Positions 59,001 through 64,000 of a stretch of 64,000 bases of DNA are shown here, piece by piece. Both the position numbers and the translations under genes were made by a program. The stretch comes from Fibrobacteria bacterium (lineage in GTDB: Bacteria > Fibrobacterota > Chitinivibrionia > Chitinivibrionales > FEN-1185). Numbering within the stretch: the stretch's first letter is position 1; every line of letters begins with the position of its first letter. The notes under the pieces are model-generated. The model ran no database searches, was not told the DNA's origin, and saw only the letters and a program-made list of their open reading frames with translations. The stretch is taken from the NCBI GenBank assembly GCA_037447435.1, contig JBBIGR010000003.1:32001-96000 (forward strand), given 5' to 3'.

Positions 59001-61738
59001 GGCTCGGGAGTTATGAGCGCGCCTCGGCTCCTATCGATTGGAACATCGTTGAAATTTCGGGCAATCCTCCTACAGGAACAATTAGCAGCGCAGTCGGGAA
59101 TACGACGACATTGAATCCCGTTAGAGCATACAATACGGTTTACATAATAGCGCGACTCGATTCGACAGGATTGCCGACCACGGCACGCGATACAATACAG
59201 GTCAGAATTGTCGCCGGCGCGCCAAGCAAGCTGGTCATTGAAGCCGATCCGAACTGGCAAGTCAAGCCGAACACGGCGACGCCGGTTGACAGTGTGAAAA
59301 TCGCAAATACGCAGCGCTGGGTCCCCGTTTATGCCTTGCTTCGCGATAAATTGGACAACTTTGTTCAATATTCGACAAATACGACATGGGGAAGCCTGAA
59401 TGACGCCGGTGCTTTTGATACGTCGATAGTCAATGTTTCCAGCGGTACAAATACTATCGGTGAAGGGATTGTAAGGCGTATCGCATCGGAAGGCTCGCAG
59501 CGTATTTACGCAAAAAGCAACGACTATCCGGGACTGGGAGACACCGCGGTCGCCGTCGTATTGAAATATTACTATATACAACTCATGATTGTTGTTGGAA
59601 ATTCGAATATCAGTATCGATAAGCTCTACATGACGACCAATGACGATACTACTCTTAAGGTTATAGGTTTGCGTTCGGATACCGCTGCTTGGGAACCGGT
59701 CAATGCAAAATGGGAAATATCGACCGGCATTTACGTGCCATCCAATGAAGCTCCTCCGGGAAGCGCAAATAAATGGTCGTTTTCGCCAAGTGCGCCGGGT
59801 ACGGGCTGGATTAGGGTAACCCTTGGAAACGATGCTCAGACCCTGCCCGATACGGTACAGGCCGTATTTGCTGCAGGACCGCCAACCGGCGTAACTATCG
59901 ATATTATTACACCGCCGGCTCAACGAATTGCCGGTGATACCATTGTTGCGGTGGTAAAAGTAACCAATAAAGACGGCCTTATTCCCGATACCTGCTATGC
60001 CACATCGTATCAAAACGCGCTTGGCGGTGGTGGCGGACGGCCGGACCCGGTTGTTATTGCAGACCAGGTTGAGAAAATGGGGCAGACCGCATCGGAATGC
60101 TTCAAAGGTGGTGTGGACACTGTAAAATTCGTTTTATATAAAGCACCCTACAATAAAGACAGCTTGGAAAAAATCACCGTCACACTCAATTCGCTGGTGG
60201 GCGTGACCGACCCATTTAATGTGTTGCCCGGCGATTTGAACAAAATTGTGATTGAGGATGCCGGCGGAAAGGCGCTTGACACCGTGAAACTCCAATATCC
60301 CAACGACAATAAATCCATGTACGCGGTGGGATACGATAAATACGGCAATAAAATCGGCAGAATAGGGACGTCGACATGGGACAAAGACGGTAACCTGCAT
60401 CCGATTGACTTTGGAAATAATGTCGCAAGCATTTATTACAAATCCGGTGATGCAATAAAGAATGAAGCGGGAAACATCATTGTTTCGGCAACCAATGCGG
60501 CAGGGACAAAAGTCGCCGATAGCGTTTACGTTATAATATCAAAACCGATTTCCATTTCAACGAGTACCTGGGATGCCGATGGAAACGGCTATCTTGATAA
60601 AATAGAGCTGCATCTCGGCGATCTGGCGACCATTCCCGTCACCGGTTCCACCATTACATTTTCCGGAACCTACGATGATAAAGTTACGGGTAAAACGGTC
60701 CAGTATTCCAATCTGGTGGCCGATAGCATTGTTTCGAAAAACGGAACAACCACGGATTCGGTTTTCACCTTGTACCTAAAAGAACCGCTTGCGGGCACTC
60801 CGGCCTCTCAATATCCGCAAACCGGTTGGACGCCGACAATATCCATTGGCGGTTTACCGGGAGGCGTTTCGTTTACTTCCGTTGCCGCAGATAGCGCCGG
60901 TCCGGTCATTTGGAGTGTTACCAAAACCATCAACTCCACGACCGACCGTTCTAAAGACGTGATTACGGTAACATTGAGCGAGCCGATCAAAAACGGCAAC
61001 CAGGATTTTAGTTTGTCTACGTTGCCGAAAAACGTGTTTTACGTTTGGACCACCGGCGGCGACACGTCGAGTGCTTCAAACTTTGTCAAGGTACAGAACC
61101 TTTTCGACAGCATTCTGACCTTTACTTCCATAGATCCGACAAAAACCGTGGTAACGTTCAACTCGGTTCCCGGTGTGGATTTTACATCCCGCGATTATTT
61201 GAGCCTGAATGATTCGGCAGCCGTGGTTTCCGACGGAAAATCGTCGGGAAACACTCCGGCGCCGAATAACCGCAAAGTTAAAATTATTGTCAACGGTTTG
61301 CCGATCGGCGAAATCCTTGTCGCTCCGAACCCGACCGGTCCGATATTTACACATGAAAGTCCCGGCGTATTCAATCTTGCGTATCAACCCAAGGCTCGGG
61401 AGTGGGTAAGAACGGACCATGCCGGAGCCCTGTTGACGTTTAAAATTGCGTTGAGTGTAGACCCGAAAACCGGGGAACCGGAAAAGATTACCGGGTATTT
61501 GAAAGTGTACGATATGATAGGCAATGTCGTTTTGTCTGCAAAAGGTAACAGCAACGGCATCATCCCTTCTACCTGGGGAAAAGACGCGAGTACCTATGAT
61601 TTCGATATGTATTGGAACGGATCGAATGAAAAGAAAATGCCGGTCGCGCCGGGAATTTACAGGGTCATGTTGTTTTTGACATATCCTAATTCCTCGGTAC
61701 CGAAGAAATATATAGCGACAGTCGGAATTTCCAAATAA
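56036..61738 (+). CDS. Fibro-slime domain surface protein (long paralogue, three internal stalk repeats)
   Basis: Signal peptide; HNYSFAMHMH, FKGDDDVWVFLN..ALDIGGIH, FYCER; three VY.ILRD..GN.V repeats; DADGNGYLD; C-terminal WNGSNEKKMPVAPGIY. Confidence 0.9.
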   Translation: MMKKMFAAGLIFVMFAAIGIMAQTYPATLNVPVTFFDYHSNGSNPDFNPGHSGDWYISGRHYNMLADTLDANGLPTIGTSVNLNWGINKWFQSWTPGDFRKPVYYRLADAPNPIGALKSVTANSGTDTNYKNITIQDNLVFTYVPNSPGLYTFNDDAFFRLDNRGFGNEPTWVYNYGTGSTAVVNDHNYSFAMHMHWPFTYTPGQKFNFKGDDDVWVFLNHKMALDIGGIHEAVSDSFVLDDAFVTANGLNMVAGGQYDFDMFYCERQSTASHIQITSNIVTAKPDTIKMTVHPDTNVVPAGTVIKYIAHVEKTGGLFCDQCSKNVKWNLSPNTTRSYLTPASPTRGDTGTFYAIDAYQKYIITATYDSIIQQTGYYDTVHIKFVDTVMVVPGPATHLNIEQNSDSMVSLRSDNRLGALTISNTVLTQNVYGILRDAYGNWVSHATNDSWLSRDTTVVTATATGQTQLGEGQIKRISAVDANTVVRASKGAFFDTLQVHVSTVTYSQIQIYVLDGGIKPIDSLVMRSDQDSTLFARGLRADGSGIWDPLSVTWTYSSGLKFDNNPGQGKSWTVSPIDTTARGYIYIADTSNSIVLRDSVKVRFLPGLPNTEVLYPLAGKPNTTVPANPPFAANAFINVVAGDSFQIVAKLFDKNNLWLSSYERADAPITWSMQELTGNANTATLTPANNLGYLTKFVGTKAGTVVKVTASYQENGLTVTPQSLTLVIIPGPPTHLVVESDSIKSRSPNADQPLQTVTIGGRDTLATVYAILRDKFGNWVDFSKITTWSSADVTQATVLSGNASVGQGLISRVAKSGQTIITAKDVSGFSGTVTVNLSSITYDSLRIVVGPNNDLISSLNMRTDVGDTTLNVQGKRSDNGQWEFVPANWAINPALRTSTVPSQTSSWKFTPIDTGSGIIVASRQGTSGIIADTVKIHFMPGLAYSLALYQAPGTPGGANQAFQSPGTVLIDTAGKPLPIYAKVFDRNGIWLGSYERASAPIDWNIVEISGNPPTGTISSAVGNTTTLNPVRAYNTVYIIARLDSTGLPTTARDTIQVRIVAGAPSKLVIEADPNWQVKPNTATPVDSVKIANTQRWVPVYALLRDKLDNFVQYSTNTTWGSLNDAGAFDTSIVNVSSGTNTIGEGIVRRIASEGSQRIYAKSNDYPGLGDTAVAVVLKYYYIQLMIVVGNSNISIDKLYMTTNDDTTLKVIGLRSDTAAWEPVNAKWEISTGIYVPSNEAPPGSANKWSFSPSAPGTGWIRVTLGNDAQTLPDTVQAVFAAGPPTGVTIDIITPPAQRIAGDTIVAVVKVTNKDGLIPDTCYATSYQNALGGGGGRPDPVVIADQVEKMGQTASECFKGGVDTVKFVLYKAPYNKDSLEKITVTLNSLVGVTDPFNVLPGDLNKIVIEDAGGKALDTVKLQYPNDNKSMYAVGYDKYGNKIGRIGTSTWDKDGNLHPIDFGNNVASIYYKSGDAIKNEAGNIIVSATNAAGTKVADSVYVIISKPISISTSTWDADGNGYLDKIELHLGDLATIPVTGSTITFSGTYDDKVTGKTVQYSNLVADSIVSKNGTTTDSVFTLYLKEPLAGTPASQYPQTGWTPTISIGGLPGGVSFTSVAADSAGPVIWSVTKTINSTTDRSKDVITVTLSEPIKNGNQDFSLSTLPKNVFYVWTTGGDTSSASNFVKVQNLFDSILTFTSIDPTKTVVTFNSVPGVDFTSRDYLSLNDSAAVVSDGKSSGNTPAPNNRKVKIIVNGLPIGEILVAPNPTGPIFTHESPGVFNLAYQPKAREWVRTDHAGALLTFKIALSVDPKTGEPEKITGYLKVYDMIGNVVLSAKGNSNGIIPSTWGKDASTYDFDMYWNGSNEKKMPVAPGIYRVMLFLTYPNSSVPKKYIATVGISK

Positions 61739-61759
61739 AATTCCGGCGGGTATTTAAAC

Positions 61760-61793
61760 GAAACGGCCGCATCCGTAAGGATGCGGCCGTTTC
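61760..61793. terminator. Terminator hairpin between convergent genes
   Basis: GAAACGGCCGCATCC-GTAA-GGATGCGGCCGTTTC, a 15-bp stem with a GNRA loop. Confidence 0.8.
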
Positions 61794-61824
61794 CATTTAA
61801 GGAGAGGGGCCGACTCGGACGAAA

Positions 61825-62238
61825 TTACAAACTATTGATAAACGCCTGCGAATCCGCGCAAGTTTCCAATTCTATCCGCAAATCAAGAATATCATCTTTT
61901 GTAATATGCCGTTTCGCAGAATGTGCCGATGATTCAGAGACCAAACATTTTTGCACGGGTATTGCGCAATCGTCAAAAGGCTCCGGAGACGATATCGGTA
62001 TTTTATTACTTTGTGCCTTGGTGATATTATGCAGTATTTTAAGCACCGTGGTGTCCTGGCGGCTTTTCCTTATTCGTTCAACTTGCTGGTCGCTCAGGAC
62101 AAAACATTTTGTTTTATAATAAACCAAGGGCGTCATGCAATTTGGGCAATTTAAAATGACCATTGAGGCATTATTACTTAAAAAAACATCAAAAGTCTGT
62201 TTGCAATGCGGACATGGAATAGATATTGTTTTAACCAT
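61825..62238 (-). CDS. Hypothetical zinc-ribbon protein
   Basis: CPHC...CPNC N-terminus; helical C-terminus ITKDDILDLRIELE. Confidence 0.7.
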   Translation of the reverse strand: MVKTISIPCPHCKQTFDVFLSNNASMVILNCPNCMTPLVYYKTKCFVLSDQQVERIRKSRQDTTVLKILHNITKAQSNKIPISSPEPFDDCAIPVQKCLVSESSAHSAKRHITKDDILDLRIELETCADSQAFINSL

Positions 62239-62325
62239 GATTTTTGCTATGTCCTTTTACCATGTTTGTTTGGGTAATTTTTGCGTATTTCCATTGTACC
62301 ACATCGAAGGAAATAAGTCAAGAAA

Positions 62326-63255
62326 ATGATACAAGAAGCATTTGATATGCCGCATTCCGTCGAAACGCTCAAAAAACAGGCTTTTCAATTGGTCTCCGTA
62401 TGCAGGCGAGCAATTAAACGGGCAAAAAATAAAATTGAAAAACAAGAAGTAGAGCATGAGGAGGCAAAACAATTTCCTCGGTTTTCGCAACTTGCAGATT
62501 CCCTGATTGCCCATCCGGAACTATTTCATCGTGGACAATCGACAATTACCCTCGATAATATTCACACGCAAATGCCCGAAACGATAACGCTCGATCCAAG
62601 TCTCGGCGTTTTTGAAAATGCGCAGGAACTTTACAAAAAAGCCAGAAAAGGCAAACGAGGACTTGAAACAATAGAAGGAAACTTGCAGCAATCCCGAAAC
62701 GACGTGGAATTGTATCAAAGCCTTATGGCAGACTTGGAAAAATTCATCGCCGCACCGTCCAATACGTTTTCAATAGAAGTTGCTGTTCCGGAATTCGATC
62801 GCATTGTTGAAAAAATGCAGGCGTGCGGAATGATTCCCCGTAAAGATCCCCAAAAAAAGAAAGAAGCCGAAGAGAAAGTTCCTTACCGTCATATCACCCT
62901 CGACGGGTACGATATTTACATCGGGAGAAACGACAGCCAAAACGACGAATTGTCTACGAGATTTTGCAAGCCTTGGGACATTTGGATGCATGTTGCAGGG
63001 CATGCCGGATCGCATGTCGTAATAAAACGGGATAAAAATGCCCAATGGCCATCCAAGGATGTTCTTTTGAAGGTGGCGGCTTTTGCCATATGGTTTTCGA
63101 AAGCCAAGCATACGTCTTATGCGGAAGTGCATGTGACCGAAGGACGATTTGTTCGTAAAAGGCGGCATGCTCCTGCAGGCGAAGTCATTGCGGAACGTTG
63201 CAAAACTTTGCGGACAAGCCCTAAAAATCCGCAGGAATTCTTCGGCGAATCCTAA
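62326..63255 (+). CDS. NFACT/RqcH(FbpA)-like protein, C-terminal half only (coiled-coil + M + NFACT-R/DUF814)
   Basis: ITLDP...ENAQELYKKARK; IYIGRNDSQNDEL, WMHV..HAGSHVVI, A.WFSKA. Alternative start at 62347. Confidence 0.85.
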   Translation: MIQEAFDMPHSVETLKKQAFQLVSVCRRAIKRAKNKIEKQEVEHEEAKQFPRFSQLADSLIAHPELFHRGQSTITLDNIHTQMPETITLDPSLGVFENAQELYKKARKGKRGLETIEGNLQQSRNDVELYQSLMADLEKFIAAPSNTFSIEVAVPEFDRIVEKMQACGMIPRKDPQKKKEAEEKVPYRHITLDGYDIYIGRNDSQNDELSTRFCKPWDIWMHVAGHAGSHVVIKRDKNAQWPSKDVLLKVAAFAIWFSKAKHTSYAEVHVTEGRFVRKRRHAPAGEVIAERCKTLRTSPKNPQEFFGES

Positions 63256-63260
63256 AACTA

Positions 63261-63283
63261 AACCCCGGAGCGTTTCCGGGGTT
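63261..63283. terminator. Hairpin between convergent genes
   Basis: AACCCCGGA-GCGTT-TCCGGGGTT. Confidence 0.65.
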
Positions 63284-63339
63284 CTTAAAACATCCGTTTA
63301 ACAACCCAGCGATGTAGCGGCTCCACTGGAGGCTTCCGG

Positions 63340-63810
63340 TTATTCCTTGACTTGAGATGATAGGAAAATCGCGGTTCCCATATGTTTAATTTGGTCTTGA
63401 AGCTCTTCAATATCGTCAATATGACGGTCTTCATCCTGGAGTATCGATTCAAGTATTTCGCGCGTGGCAAAATCGCCGACATCGCCGGCAATCTTAATGA
63501 CGTCGTTATAAGCCTTGATCGCGGTTTCTTCGGCCGAATGGTCGTTTTCCAATTGTTTAGGCACTTCCGATCCTATATTTATTTTGCCGTAATTTGATAC
63601 GATCGGCGTACCTTCAAGGAAAATTATTCTTGCGATAAGTTTTTCAGCGTGTTTCATTTCATCGATAGACCGCTTTCTAAAATGTCCGTGTAAACGGTCG
63701 TACCCCCAGTTCTCCGCAATTTCAGCATGAACCATGTATTGATTAATGGCCGTTAATTCGTCGGAAAGCAGTGAATTCAAAGATTCGATCAATTTAGCAT
63801 TGCCCTTCAT
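63340..63810 (-). CDS. bfr: Bacterioferritin
   Basis: DELTAINQY, DEMKHA (heme Met), LEG.P, EE, DEDRH ferroxidase ligands; GGAGG RBS. Confidence 0.95.
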   Translation of the reverse strand: MKGNAKLIESLNSLLSDELTAINQYMVHAEIAENWGYDRLHGHFRKRSIDEMKHAEKLIARIIFLEGTPIVSNYGKINIGSEVPKQLENDHSAEETAIKAYNDVIKIAGDVGDFATREILESILQDEDRHIDDIEELQDQIKHMGTAIFLSSQVKE

Positions 63811-63855
63811 GTCTTCCTCCCAAAAATAAGGTTAATAATTATTTCCCTAAATTTT

Positions 63856-63872
63856 TGCAAAGAATATGCCAA
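63856..63872 (-). promoter_or_regulatory. Sigma54 (-24/-12) promoter upstream of bfr
   Basis: Minus strand reads TTGGCATATTCTTTGCA, i.e. GG-N10-GC matching TGGCAC-N5-TTGCW, about 45 bp upstream of the ATG. Confidence 0.7.
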
Positions 63873-64000
63873 TAGCTATTGCATTAGAATTTAAGGTTAA
63901 TTATCGGTTTTCTTAAAAATGAGAATATAAATTTCTCATTTTGGAAAAAATCCATCGTTTTATCGGGTTTAAAAAAATTGCAAGCTACAAACTGACAACT

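Noticed and set aside
58937..60013. 358-aa minus-strand ORF (and similar long antisense ORFs at 53298-54173, 17417-18163, 45454-46191, 26474-27184)
   Set aside because: They lie opposite well-supported genes and have no recognisable motifs.

Overview
A 64-kb bacterial chromosomal window, most likely from a Fibrobacterota (Chitinivibrionia/Chitinispirillum-like) anaerobe; this is inferred from two fibro-slime proteins and several secreted proteins with FlgD-Ig/T9SS-like C-termini. Housekeeping genes (trxB, rpmB, trpA, trpB, lepA, hisG, etfA, etfB, ybeY, tsaD, nifU, bfr) are interspersed with large exported proteins and signalling genes (HDOD, PAS-GGDEF-HD-GYP, STAS, pseudo-receivers). I recognised no rRNA, tRNA, CRISPR array or intact mobile element. 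Main points of interest: (1) tandem fibro-slime paralogues that differ by about two ~335-aa stalk repeats; (2) between them, a ~16-unit 21-bp-periodic TGTAACA-type array and an IS21 remnant; (3) a signal peptidase I homologue lacking both catalytic residues, in a lepA-lepB*-trpBA operon; (4) a FecR-Ig plus beta-helix/beta-barrel gene pair; (5) an N-terminally truncated RqcH/NFACT protein; (6) other degenerate catalytic sites; (7) small ORFs missed by the ORF track; (8) a sigma54-type promoter before bacterioferritin. All domain calls come from motif recognition by eye, not database searches.
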